Shown here: positions 8,574 to 18,085 of the stretch, piece after piece
Position numbering within the stretch: the stretch's first letter is position 1
Layout of the letters: each line of letters opens with the position of its first letter
Assembly: GCA_018971685.1 (NCBI GenBank)
Contig: JAGXAG010000002.1
Coordinates: forward strand, 66,276 to 130,275
Length of the DNA: 64,000 bases
DNA from: Patescibacteria group bacterium
GTDB lineage: Bacteria; Patescibacteriota; Minisyncoccia; Phycocordibacterales; PALSA-1337
Direction of reading: 5' to 3'
Notes under the pieces: generated by a model
Told to the model about the DNA's origin: nothing
Database searches by the model: none
The model's input: the letters and a program-made list of their open reading frames with translations, nothing else
Translations under genes and position numbers: made by a program

Positions 8574-9215
8574 TTATTCGCGGTGTTTCAATGCCGACTT
8601 TATGGTTTCGCCGTCCGCATACTCCAATTCCGCGCCAGTGGAAAGGCCGCGGCCAAGGACGGTAACATTCAGCCGCTTGCCATTGGTCAGATTATCGCCG
8701 GCGATTTTGCCGATAGCCTCTTTGATGATAGCGGCGGTGTGTTCGCCGTCGGCCGTAGCGCTTAGAGACAAAATAACTTCTTTCAATTCCGGCGATTGTG
8801 AGACTCTTTCAAGCAGAGCTTTCAGGCGAATTCTTTTTTCCGGTTCCTTGTCGAGAATGGGAACCGTGCCGCCGACGACGAAGTAAAGTCCGCGGTAGGC
8901 GCCGCTTTTTTCGATCGATTCCAGGTCGGAATCGCGCGAGACTATCATAAGCACCGAGCAATCCCTTGAGGTATCGGTACAGATATTGCACCGTGGTCCA
9001 GAATCAGTATGCTGAAGTCGAACTTCGGTAATGAAAAGTCGATGGCAGCTACTGCATTCATGGGCGCTCTTTTTCACCGTTTCGATCAGCTGAATGAATT
9101 CTTTTATAAAAGCCTGCGGCTTGCCGATCAGATAATAAGCAAAACGGCGCGCCTGCCGCGGCCCTATTCCCGGAAAATGAGCGAATATTTCTTCGAGTCG
9201 CCTCATAGAATCCAT
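8574..9215 (-). CDS. recR: Recombination protein RecR
   Basis: FPGIGPRQARR HhH, C4 zinc finger, TOPRIM, GAELEYAD. Confidence 0.93.
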   Translation of the reverse strand: MDSMRRLEEIFAHFPGIGPRQARRFAYYLIGKPQAFIKEFIQLIETVKKSAHECSSCHRLFITEVRLQHTDSGPRCNICTDTSRDCSVLMIVSRDSDLESIEKSGAYRGLYFVVGGTVPILDKEPEKRIRLKALLERVSQSPELKEVILSLSATADGEHTAAIIKEAIGKIAGDNLTNGKRLNVTVLGRGLSTGAELEYADGETIKSALKHRE

Positions 9216-9285
9216 ACGGAAACATCATAACACAGGTCTGATATGCGTAATAATGAGATCTGACCTCAGTAAATCGCGGTAAACA

Positions 9286-10668
9286 TCACTGTGCCGCCTC
9301 GAAATCGCCGAATTCGCCCTTGTCGATAGACATGAAAGTCGTTTTCTTGGAATCAAAGAACAATTTTACTGATCCGGTCGGGCCATTACGGTGCTTTTCG
9401 ATCAAGATTTCCGCCTCTTCTTTTTTGCCGCCCATGTCCTGATCGGCTTCGCGGTGAATAAACATGACCACATCGGCGTCTTGCTCGATCGAACCGGAAT
9501 CGCGCAAGTCGGAAAGCCGCGGCTTGCCGCCGCGCTGTTCCACAGCGCGCGACAGTTGAGAGAGTGCCAGCACGGGCACCTCCAATTCGCGTGCCAAATT
9601 CTTCAGAGAGCGGGATATTTCCGTGACCTGTTGGACCATATTGTCGGAACTGCGCGTCTGAGTCGGCAACATCAATTGCAGATAGTCGACGACAATGAGT
9701 CCGAGCCCTTTGTCATTCTTGAGACGCCTGGCGACGGCGCGCATCTTCAGGATGTTATTGCCCGGCGCGTCGTCGATGAAAATCGGCGCCTGCGACAAGC
9801 GCGAGATCGCTTCGCCGATAGCCTTGAAATCGTTCTCGACCGAAAGGTTGTGGCCAGTGCGTATTTTCCATGAATCGACTTGCGATTCGGCGGCAAGCAT
9901 GCGGTCGACCAGTTGTTGCGAGCTCATTTCGAGCGAAAATATGGCAACCGGCACCTTGTGATTGACCGACGCCTTGCGCGCAATGTCCAGAGCGAGTGAA
10001 GTCTTTCCTACCGAAGGCCGCGCCGCCAATATAATCAAGTCAGATTTTTGGAAACCGGACAATTTGTTGTCCAGTTCCATAAACCCGGTGGGTACGCCGC
10101 GCAACTCATTCTTGGTTTTATGGAGATGATCAAGGCGTTCCCACGCTTCATCAAGGGTGTCTTTTAATGCTATGAATTTGCGCGAGCCTGTTTTATTGGT
10201 TACCTCGTAGAGAGCCTTTTCGGCCTTTTCCAGAATGTCGTGTAATTCCAACTCTTCGTCGTAACCGAGCGAGTTGATCGATTCGGCGGCGCGGATAAGG
10301 TCACGCATTACATGCTTGGTCTCTACGATCTCTGCATAATTGTGTGCATTTGCCGAAGACGGGACTATATTTATCAATTCGGTCAAATACGCCATACCTC
10401 CGGCGTCTTCAAGCAAGCCTTTTTCTTTTAGGCGCGCCGAGACTGATAAGAGGTCGATGGGTATAGCTTTGCCGTGAAGCTCAAAAAGCACTGTCCATAC
10501 GGCGCGATTTTGGTTGGAATAGAAAGACCGCTCGCTGACAATATCGACGATTTCATGCATGGTTTCCGGGTTCATCAGCGCGGAACCGAGCAGAGCCTTT
10601 TCGGCGTCAATGGAGTTGGGCGGAATCTTCAGGTCCTTGGCTTTCAGGAATGGAGAAACGGGTGACAT
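9286..10668 (-). CDS. dnaB: Replicative DNA helicase
   Basis: AARPSVGKT, VDYLQL, LSQLSR, DLRDSGSIEQDAD, KHRNGPTG. Confidence 0.97.
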   Translation of the reverse strand: MSPVSPFLKAKDLKIPPNSIDAEKALLGSALMNPETMHEIVDIVSERSFYSNQNRAVWTVLFELHGKAIPIDLLSVSARLKEKGLLEDAGGMAYLTELINIVPSSANAHNYAEIVETKHVMRDLIRAAESINSLGYDEELELHDILEKAEKALYEVTNKTGSRKFIALKDTLDEAWERLDHLHKTKNELRGVPTGFMELDNKLSGFQKSDLIILAARPSVGKTSLALDIARKASVNHKVPVAIFSLEMSSQQLVDRMLAAESQVDSWKIRTGHNLSVENDFKAIGEAISRLSQAPIFIDDAPGNNILKMRAVARRLKNDKGLGLIVVDYLQLMLPTQTRSSDNMVQQVTEISRSLKNLARELEVPVLALSQLSRAVEQRGGKPRLSDLRDSGSIEQDADVVMFIHREADQDMGGKKEEAEILIEKHRNGPTGSVKLFFDSKKTTFMSIDKGEFGDFEAAQ

Positions 10669-10847
10669 GGAGACATTATAGCAAAAAATAAAACGCGATA
10701 CATAAAATATGAAAAAGTGGATAGGATGTGAATTACAAAAGTCATCATTTCGTTATCACTTTATCATTAAAAAGTTATCAGTTTGTAATCAAACTGTAAT
10801 CGCCGGTCGGTATAATTTACTTATTATAAGTGTAATCGCAAAGAATC

Positions 10848-11099
10848 ATGTCATTAGACCAAAAAGATATAGAAATTATCGAGCGCATCATGTACAAGTG
10901 CGGCGACGACCTGTCGATAGCTCTCGGTCGCAGTTTCGAACATTTGGAAGAGCGTATCGATGGCGCCGAGACCCGCATTTATTCACGACTGTCTGATTTT
11001 GAGAATGAAGTGGAAGCCAACAGGCAAGAAACATCAGATGGATTATCAGACATCAGGGCCGAATTGATTGAATTTGCCAGGTCAAAAGAAAACTTATAG
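10848..11099 (+). CDS. Hypothetical small coiled-coil protein
   Basis: 83-aa acidic helical ORF filling the gap between dnaB and cysS. Confidence 0.6.
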   Translation: MSLDQKDIEIIERIMYKCGDDLSIALGRSFEHLEERIDGAETRIYSRLSDFENEVEANRQETSDGLSDIRAELIEFARSKENL

Positions 11100-12473
11100 T
11101 TTTGCTCGGACTTGCACGCCGTTGGAAGTATCCTTGACTTCGTATCCGCCGTTTTCAATCTCGACGCGTAATTTGTCAGCCTTGCTCCAATCTTTCGCCG
11201 CGCGCGCCTTTTCGCGCTCGAGAACAAGCGCCTGGATCTCAAACGGCACTTTGCTGCTTTTATCTTCGATTCCTAAATTCAGGCCAAAAACACGATCAAA
11301 ATCTAGAATGGTTGCGCGTTTGTCGGCGGGCGACTGGGTATCATCCTTTAATAATTCCCAGACTAGTGCCAAGGCCTTTGGCATGTCCAAATCATCGCTT
11401 ATATAAGCGCCAAAACGCTCTTTATAGCTGTTTATGACAGTGCCGCCGCGCGGATAGTCATTCATGGTATTTTTCAAGCGATTCAGAGCATTCAGGGCGG
11501 CTTCCAACGCATCGAAAGAGAAGTGTACCGGCGAACGGTAATGCGCCATCAATAACCAATAGCGATATGCTAGGGGGGTAAGCGATCTTTCGGCCAAATC
11601 TTCTAGCTTAATGATATTACCTTTCGACTTGGACATTTTCTCTTCTTTGATAGTCATAAACCCGCCATGGATCCAATAATTAGCAAATTTTTTTCCGGTA
11701 GCAGATTCTGACTGGGCGATCTCATTGGTGTGATGGGGAAATATCAAATCAGAGCCGCCGGTGTGGATATCTATAGTGTCGCCAAGCTCTGTGATGGCCA
11801 TCGCTGAACATTCGATATGCCAGCCCGGCCTGCCTTCGCCGAATGGCGATTGCCATGAATTATCACCGTCTTCCGGCGTTTTAAGCTTCCACAAAGCGAA
11901 ATCTCTTGGATCTTCTTTATCATATTCGTCGTTGGCCACGCGACTTTTCGGTTCATGGTAACTAGCATGTGTCTTTTCATCTTTTGTCGATTGCGCTTTT
12001 AGTCCCGCCAATTTGCCGTAGTCTTTAACTTTGTCTATGCTCATATATATGCCGTCGGAAGTCTTGTAAGCAAAATCTTTTTCAATTAGTAATTGGACCA
12101 ACCCGATCATATCTTGAATACAATCAGTGGCTTTTATCAAGTGGTGCGGTGTCAATATATTCAATGATTTTAATCCGGCCAAAAATAATTTTTCATATTT
12201 TTCCGTTACTGTTTTCAGCGGGACATTTTGTTCGCGGCTTTTCTTTATCGTTTTATCATCCACATCGGTTACATTCATGACCTGATCGACTTTGTAATCG
12301 AAATATTCAAGCATGCGCCGCAAAAGATCGTTCATGACAAAAGTGCGGTAATTGCCTATATGCGGAGTGTCGTAAACCGTCGGACCGCAATTATACATGC
12401 TGACTTGGCCGGCTTTGATCGGTTTGAAAACTTCTTTTTTTTTCGAGAGAGTGTTGTAAAGTTTTATTTCCAT
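11094..12473 (-). CDS. cysS: Cysteine--tRNA ligase
   Basis: YNCGPTVY, HIGN, GRPGWHIEC, KMSKS. Confidence 0.97.
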   Translation of the reverse strand: MEIKLYNTLSKKKEVFKPIKAGQVSMYNCGPTVYDTPHIGNYRTFVMNDLLRRMLEYFDYKVDQVMNVTDVDDKTIKKSREQNVPLKTVTEKYEKLFLAGLKSLNILTPHHLIKATDCIQDMIGLVQLLIEKDFAYKTSDGIYMSIDKVKDYGKLAGLKAQSTKDEKTHASYHEPKSRVANDEYDKEDPRDFALWKLKTPEDGDNSWQSPFGEGRPGWHIECSAMAITELGDTIDIHTGGSDLIFPHHTNEIAQSESATGKKFANYWIHGGFMTIKEEKMSKSKGNIIKLEDLAERSLTPLAYRYWLLMAHYRSPVHFSFDALEAALNALNRLKNTMNDYPRGGTVINSYKERFGAYISDDLDMPKALALVWELLKDDTQSPADKRATILDFDRVFGLNLGIEDKSSKVPFEIQALVLEREKARAAKDWSKADKLRVEIENGGYEVKDTSNGVQVRAKL

Positions 12474-12533
12474 GGATTTCATGCGAGTTTGCAAGAACGA
12501 GACCAAACATGTGCACGACACCGTCGCTATAGA

Positions 12534-13454
12534 TCACAACCAACCTTTTCGTTTGATAACTGACCAGAGGCCGATGGTTATGAGTATCATCACCGCAAAC
12601 ATGGAATACCATCCGACCGGCGAATGAATGAACGGCACATTTGCGGCTGGAATGGTGAACAGTGCGGCAATAAAAGCGATCGGCTGGAAAATAAATATGA
12701 CAAGAGTGAGCACTTTGATTATTTGATTTTGTTTTGTATTCAAGAGTGAGTCATTCGTCTCGCGCAAGTCCGCCAATAATTCTCGGCAATTTCCGATAAG
12801 CTCATTTATACGGTTAAATCCGTCGCGCAAGTCACGCATATAAGGCATGAATTCGTAGTCGAATATCACGCCCTGATAAGCCAACAGATCGTTCCAAATA
12901 TCTCGGTGTGCCCGAGCTGTTTGCCTGAAATCTATGAGTTCGCGGCTGAGATCTGAAAGAATTCTAACCATTTTCTGCTCGTCACCTTTGAATATCCTGG
13001 TCTCGGCGGATACCAAAGCGTCGCGTATGTTGTCTAAATCATTGAACATGCCGGTGTATATCCTCTTCACCATATAATAGAATAGTTGCCCGGCATGCTC
13101 GACTTTTTCATCTTTGCCCAAAATAGAATTGGCTTCAAATATCTTGGCAAAATACTCGAGTTGTTCAATAGCGTTAAATCGCGAAGTTATCAAGAAATTT
13201 TTACCGATTACAAAATCTATTTCTCGGTCTACGACTTCATGTGAATTGCCGTTCTTTTCGCGTACAGGCAAGGTCAACACGACCAAGGCATAATTTTCGT
13301 AAAAGTCTATCTTGGCGAGCGAAGATGAGCTTTTCAATTCTTCTCCGACTAGCGGATGTAGGTCATACCGCCTTATCAATCCGGCTATTTCATTGTCATC
13401 TGGCGACTCCGCATCTATCCATACAATGCCTCGGTAAGTATGAGTTTTTGTCAT
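12534..13454 (-). CDS. CorA-family divalent cation transporter (GMN motif degenerate)
   Basis: WIDAESP, LHPL, two C-terminal TMs, KRKGWL end. Confidence 0.82.
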   Translation of the reverse strand: MTKTHTYRGIVWIDAESPDDNEIAGLIRRYDLHPLVGEELKSSSSLAKIDFYENYALVVLTLPVREKNGNSHEVVDREIDFVIGKNFLITSRFNAIEQLEYFAKIFEANSILGKDEKVEHAGQLFYYMVKRIYTGMFNDLDNIRDALVSAETRIFKGDEQKMVRILSDLSRELIDFRQTARAHRDIWNDLLAYQGVIFDYEFMPYMRDLRDGFNRINELIGNCRELLADLRETNDSLLNTKQNQIIKVLTLVIFIFQPIAFIAALFTIPAANVPFIHSPVGWYSMFAVMILITIGLWSVIKRKGWL

Positions 13455-13533
13455 AATAACAGTATTGTAACATATAACATATTTTATCGCCGCCTTGCCG
13501 TGTCATATGCGAATATGCAATAATAAACTGCAA

Positions 13534-14745
13534 ATGAATAAACAAAATAAAACAACCGTCATATTGATTGGTGCAATCGCCGTTGTTATCGCTTTTATGA
13601 TCGGGATGTCTGTGGGACAAGGGCAATCACCGGCATCCATTGCCGGCTCGAATATTACCGATCTGACACAGGTTACTGCCGATCAATTCGCGCCTTATTG
13701 GAAGGCTTGGCAGATCCTAGACCAGAAGTATGTGGCAGCCGCCAGTACTACGGTGCAACAAAAAATCTGGGGTTCGATAGAAGGCCTAGCTTCTTCATTC
13801 GGCGACCCTTATACCGTTTTTTTTCCGCCGACCGAGAATAAAGTCTTCCAAGAAGATATTTCAGGCGACTTCGAGGGTGTAGGTATGGAAATAGGCATAA
13901 AAGATAAACAGTTACAGGTGATCGCGCCTATCAAGGGGAGCCCGGCTGACAAAGCCGGCGTTAAGGCTGGCGATCTGATATTGAAAATCGATGACAAGGT
14001 CACAACCAACATGTCCACCGACGAAGCGGTAAAATTGATTCGTGGTCCGAAGGGGAGTGTGGTCAAGATCACTTTCTTAAGCGTTGGTGTTTCGAAACCG
14101 GTCGTAAAATCCATTACTCGCGACACGATCAATATTCCGACCATAGACACCAGTGAAAAGCCCGGCGGCATATATGTCATACGCCTATATAGTTTTACTG
14201 CGCAATCACCAGACCTTTTCCGCAACGCCTTGCGTTCATTCGTACTTTCCGGCGACCACAAGCTTATCCTCGATCTGCGCGGTAATCCAGGAGGCTATCT
14301 TGAAGCGGCCTGGGACATGGCTTCATGGTTCTTGCCGGCAGGGAAGACGGTGGTGACGGAAGATTTCGGCAAAAACGGTTCGCCTAAGGTCTATAAGAGT
14401 AAAGGTTACAATGTCTTCAATAAAAATTTGGATATGCTCATATTAGTTGATAACGGTTCGGCTTCCGCTTCGGAAATTCTGGCAGGCGCCTTAGAAGAGA
14501 ACGGCGTTGCAAAGCTTGTTGGAGAAAAGACCTTCGGCAAAGGTTCGGTTCAAGAATTGATACCGATCACTTCCGATACATCTTTGAAAGTTACAATTGC
14601 CCGCTGGTTAACGCCTTCCGGACACAATCTCTCAGAGAATGGTCTTGATCCGGACTATCCGGTGGAAATAACCGATCAAAATACCAAAAATGGCAACGAT
14701 CCGGTGATGAACAAGGCGGTTGAATTACTCACAGCGGAAAAATAA
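13534..14745 (+). CDS. S41 C-terminal processing peptidase with PDZ domain
   Basis: GDPYT, GVGMEI, LDLRGNPGG, SASASEI, TFGKGSVQ. Confidence 0.93.
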   Translation: MNKQNKTTVILIGAIAVVIAFMIGMSVGQGQSPASIAGSNITDLTQVTADQFAPYWKAWQILDQKYVAAASTTVQQKIWGSIEGLASSFGDPYTVFFPPTENKVFQEDISGDFEGVGMEIGIKDKQLQVIAPIKGSPADKAGVKAGDLILKIDDKVTTNMSTDEAVKLIRGPKGSVVKITFLSVGVSKPVVKSITRDTINIPTIDTSEKPGGIYVIRLYSFTAQSPDLFRNALRSFVLSGDHKLILDLRGNPGGYLEAAWDMASWFLPAGKTVVTEDFGKNGSPKVYKSKGYNVFNKNLDMLILVDNGSASASEILAGALEENGVAKLVGEKTFGKGSVQELIPITSDTSLKVTIARWLTPSGHNLSENGLDPDYPVEITDQNTKNGNDPVMNKAVELLTAEK

Positions 14746-14759
14746 CGAACAAATAATCA

Positions 14760-15209
14760 ATGAAAATTATTTTATTAAAAGACATTCCGAAATTGGGTCG
14801 TCGATTCGATATCAAAGAAGTCAATTCTGGCCACGCGATCAATTTCCTTATTCCGAAAGGGATGGCACTCGAAGCTACGCCGGCCGTAATCAAGAAGGTA
14901 GAGCTTGAGAAAGCCAGAGCAGAAGGGGAGAGAAAAATGCGGGAAGAACTGCTTGTAAAGAATATTGAAGGACTGGACGGTCTGACTTTGAATGTTTCCG
15001 GCAAAACAAACGAAAAAGGTCACTTATTCGCGGCTATTCATGCAGATACAATTGCCGAAGAATTGGAGAAGCAAGCTCGTATACAAGTCAACCCGTCGTT
15101 CATAGTATTGGATCACCCCATCAAAGAGACGGGCGAACATGCTGTTAAAGTAAGAGCGCACGACAAGACGGTTAAGTTCGCACTTGTCGTAAAAGGGGAT
15201 AGCGAATAA
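14760..15209 (+). CDS. rplI: 50S ribosomal protein L9
   Basis: MKIILLKDIPKLG, GHAINFLIPKG. Confidence 0.95.
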   Translation: MKIILLKDIPKLGRRFDIKEVNSGHAINFLIPKGMALEATPAVIKKVELEKARAEGERKMREELLVKNIEGLDGLTLNVSGKTNEKGHLFAAIHADTIAEELEKQARIQVNPSFIVLDHPIKETGEHAVKVRAHDKTVKFALVVKGDSE

Positions 15210-15214
15210 TGTCT

Positions 15215-15487
15215 CTACAACACACTAGCGATCTTTTTCCTATCGATATCGTTATTGAAAGAAATTTTTCTCTTTGTGCCGAATTGAACGGTACCGCCGC
15301 GCAAAGCAAAGAGGGTATAGTCTTTACCCATACCCACATTTTTGCCAGGAAGCACATTTGTACCGCGTTGCCGAACGATTATTTGGCCAACGGAAACTGC
15401 CTGACCGTGATTTATCTTCACACCCAGGTATTTGGGATTCGAATCGCGACCGTTTTTCGTTGATCCTTCAGCTTTCCTGTGTGCCAT
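15215..15487 (-). CDS. rpmA: 50S ribosomal protein L27
   Basis: [24 protein letters not shown]. Confidence 0.97.
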   Translation of the reverse strand: MAHRKAEGSTKNGRDSNPKYLGVKINHGQAVSVGQIIVRQRGTNVLPGKNVGMGKDYTLFALRGGTVQFGTKRKISFNNDIDRKKIASVL

Positions 15488-15731
15488 TTAAGTTAAATTA
15501 AAAATAAGAAATAAAAATTAAAAACCCTATGAAATACAGCTTAACACAGGGCGATTTTTCATGCAAGGGGTGAAATACGGCCTAAAATAAGGATATTTTG
15601 CTTGCGTAAAATGGCTCTACAGAGCCATTTTACGGCCATCAGACTCTTGACTTCATAGACCAAAGGTGCTAAACTAAAGCTACAAAATGAGCTAGAGTGA
15701 GCACCATGCTTACGAGGCTCGTTTTTTAATT

Positions 15732-16208
15732 ATGATTGAATTGACAACCGGTGTGGTGTTCCTGATGTCATCTTTATACGGTGCCGGCGGAGCAAACGCG
15801 CAGATCGCCAGCACGGCGAGTGTCGCAAATGTCCGGACAGCGGCCGTTGAACAGGCGACTACCACGGAACAAGTACGATTGACTGACCAGCAAGATATTG
15901 AAAACTATGTTAAAAGGGCATATGCCGATCATCCGATCCTAGTCGAAATAGCATGGTGCGAATCACGCTTCAAGCAATTCAACGACGACGGTACGGTTGT
16001 TCGCGGCAAGGTCAACAATCAAGATGTCGGCGTAATGCAAATTAACGAACACTTCAACGGCGATGAAGCCAAGAAGCTCGGTTACGATATTTATGATGTG
16101 AAGGGCAATGTCGCTTTCGGCGAATACCTTTACGGCAGGTACGGAACCGATCCGTGGAATTCATCCGAGAAGTGTTGGGGTCAGACAAATGATATAGCGA
16201 AGAAGTAA
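15732..16208 (+). CDS. Exported lysozyme-like / lytic transglycosylase-like protein
   Basis: IAWCESRF, GVMQIN, GNVAFG, PWNSSEKCW; promoter TTGACT-17-TAAACT upstream. Confidence 0.7.
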   Translation: MIELTTGVVFLMSSLYGAGGANAQIASTASVANVRTAAVEQATTTEQVRLTDQQDIENYVKRAYADHPILVEIAWCESRFKQFNDDGTVVRGKVNNQDVGVMQINEHFNGDEAKKLGYDIYDVKGNVAFGEYLYGRYGTDPWNSSEKCWGQTNDIAKK

Positions 16209-16260
16209 AAATCAGCGATTAAATTGTTAGCGACTAGTATCTAGGTGGATTATTAGAATC

Positions 16261-16288
16261 AAAAGACTCCCCGAAAGGGGAGTCTTTT
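16261..16288. terminator. Bidirectional intrinsic terminator
   Basis: AAAAGACTCCCC-GAAA-GGGGAGTCTTTT between convergent genes. Confidence 0.88.
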
Positions 16289-16341
16289 ACTATTATATAT
16301 TCGAAGACATGGTATGTCGCACAATATATGTTGGGTACACA

Positions 16342-16680
16342 TTAATTAGCCAGTGTCGATGTTGCAAGCGGCGGCAACTTCGGCGCTTGGTCGGGCGTGA
16401 TCGCCGGGCCGCCGCCTTGCATGCGCTTCAAGGTATCAAAGAACGGATTCCATACATATGGCCGTAAGAAGTTGTTCCAAGTCCATGTGACGGGTGTTTT
16501 CAAATAATTATTCCAACCGGTTGATACTAGTTCGCCGGCATAGACAAGATTGTCGTGCACTACCGGCGAAGCCACGATGTTGCGCAGGTTGAAGCCGAAG
16601 TAACCGAGAATGATAAGCAGAGCAACGACAAAGAGAACCGTTCTCGCCAGTCCTCCCCTATTCATACTGTTATTTTTCAT
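16342..16680 (-). CDS. Hypothetical membrane protein
   Basis: Basic N-terminus, NRGG then hydrophobic helix LIILGYFGFNLR. Confidence 0.7.
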   Translation of the reverse strand: MKNNSMNRGGLARTVLFVVALLIILGYFGFNLRNIVASPVVHDNLVYAGELVSTGWNNYLKTPVTWTWNNFLRPYVWNPFFDTLKRMQGGGPAITPDQAPKLPPLATSTLAN

Positions 16681-16748
16681 GTTTTTGCTTATTCACTGAC
16701 AACTGATCCACTAATGGCTAATCCCTAACTCCTGGTGGCTAGATTATA

Positions 16749-18083
16749 TCACTGCGCCGGCACAGGCGGTAGGTAAGAAAGTGGATTAAGATAAGCGTTA
16801 AAGCTGGCAAGCGGAATAATAGCGCCGTGGCAGTGTATGCTGGTGTCGAAAGTCGTGATCCGCACACCTTGTGTTGCGTATACACCAAAATGCAAGTGCG
16901 GGCCGGTAGTATAGCCGGTATTGCCGCTGTAGCCGATTATCTGTCCGGTCGTCACCACATCGCCCTTTTTGACCGATTGCACCGACAAGTGCGCGTAGAG
17001 CGTTGACAGGCCGTTCTTATGATCGATCATTATCCATTTGCCGAACGAATAACAGCCTGGGACGATGTCCGTGTTTTCCACACCGATCACCACACCCGAA
17101 AGCGATGCCATGACAGGCGTGCCTATCGAAGCGCGAAAATCAACCCCATTGTGCCCCATGCCGCCGTAAATCTGACTGTTGGCTGTAGCGAACGGCGTAT
17201 TGCCGAAATATTGCGTAATGAATATATTATCGAGCGGCCATGACAATATGGCTGTTCCAGTTGAAGGCAGTTTCGAAGTGTCAACGGTATATTTCAACTG
17301 TGATTCGTATTGGAGTACTTCCCTTTCGTAAGCATCCCGCATGGCCTGCTTCTCCGCCACGATATTTTTATATTGAGTTTCAGATTGCTTGGTTTCTTTC
17401 AGCAATTGATTTTTCTCCGACTGCGTGCCCAGGACTACTTGTCTCTGGTCTTTCAATTGGCTATTCAAATCGACCAGATCAGCCTTGGCTTTTTCCGAGG
17501 CTACCTTATTTGTTTCCAGATCAGTTTTGGCGGCCAGCAAGTCATTTATACGATTGACCAAGCTACTTTGAACTGTACCGAGCTGGTCCAGAGAATTCCA
17601 GGCCGAAGCCACCGAATCGCTGCCGAGAATTATCTCGACTACTGACGAATCGCTTTTTTGGTTGATCAATGCAAGCGAATTGGCAATGATGCGCCTGTCG
17701 TCGCTTATGGCGCCTTCCTTGTCGGAAATTTGCGACGATAACTGTTCGATCTCGTAAGTTTTGGCGGCGATTTTATTCTCGGTCACGCTGATATCGGCCT
17801 GCAATTTCTTTTGCGTTAGATCGAGCGACTTTACCGCTGCAGCGAGCGTGTCAGCTTGTCCGCTAAGGTCGTCAATCTGCCGTTGGTAGCCGGCAATTTC
17901 CTTTTCCAGCGCTTGAATGTCGGTATTGCGCTGGTTGATCTTAGATTGGAGGTCATTAGTAGTCTGCGCGTACGCAAACCTAGAGGATAAAAAACTGATG
18001 GGTAATATAATATATACAAATATGCGAATGATACGAATATTACAAATGCTCATGACATGATGTGGGACGAAGAATGATTTCAC
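16749..18083 (-). CDS. M23-family peptidoglycan endopeptidase with coiled coil (EnvC/MepM-like)
   Basis: HNGVDF, LYAHL, TGPHLHF; long N-terminal coiled coil; start may be at 18053. Confidence 0.9.
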   Translation of the reverse strand: MKSFFVPHHVMSICNIRIIRIFVYIILPISFLSSRFAYAQTTNDLQSKINQRNTDIQALEKEIAGYQRQIDDLSGQADTLAAAVKSLDLTQKKLQADISVTENKIAAKTYEIEQLSSQISDKEGAISDDRRIIANSLALINQKSDSSVVEIILGSDSVASAWNSLDQLGTVQSSLVNRINDLLAAKTDLETNKVASEKAKADLVDLNSQLKDQRQVVLGTQSEKNQLLKETKQSETQYKNIVAEKQAMRDAYEREVLQYESQLKYTVDTSKLPSTGTAILSWPLDNIFITQYFGNTPFATANSQIYGGMGHNGVDFRASIGTPVMASLSGVVIGVENTDIVPGCYSFGKWIMIDHKNGLSTLYAHLSVQSVKKGDVVTTGQIIGYSGNTGYTTGPHLHFGVYATQGVRITTFDTSIHCHGAIIPLASFNAYLNPLSYLPPVPAQ

Positions 18084-18085
18084 GA

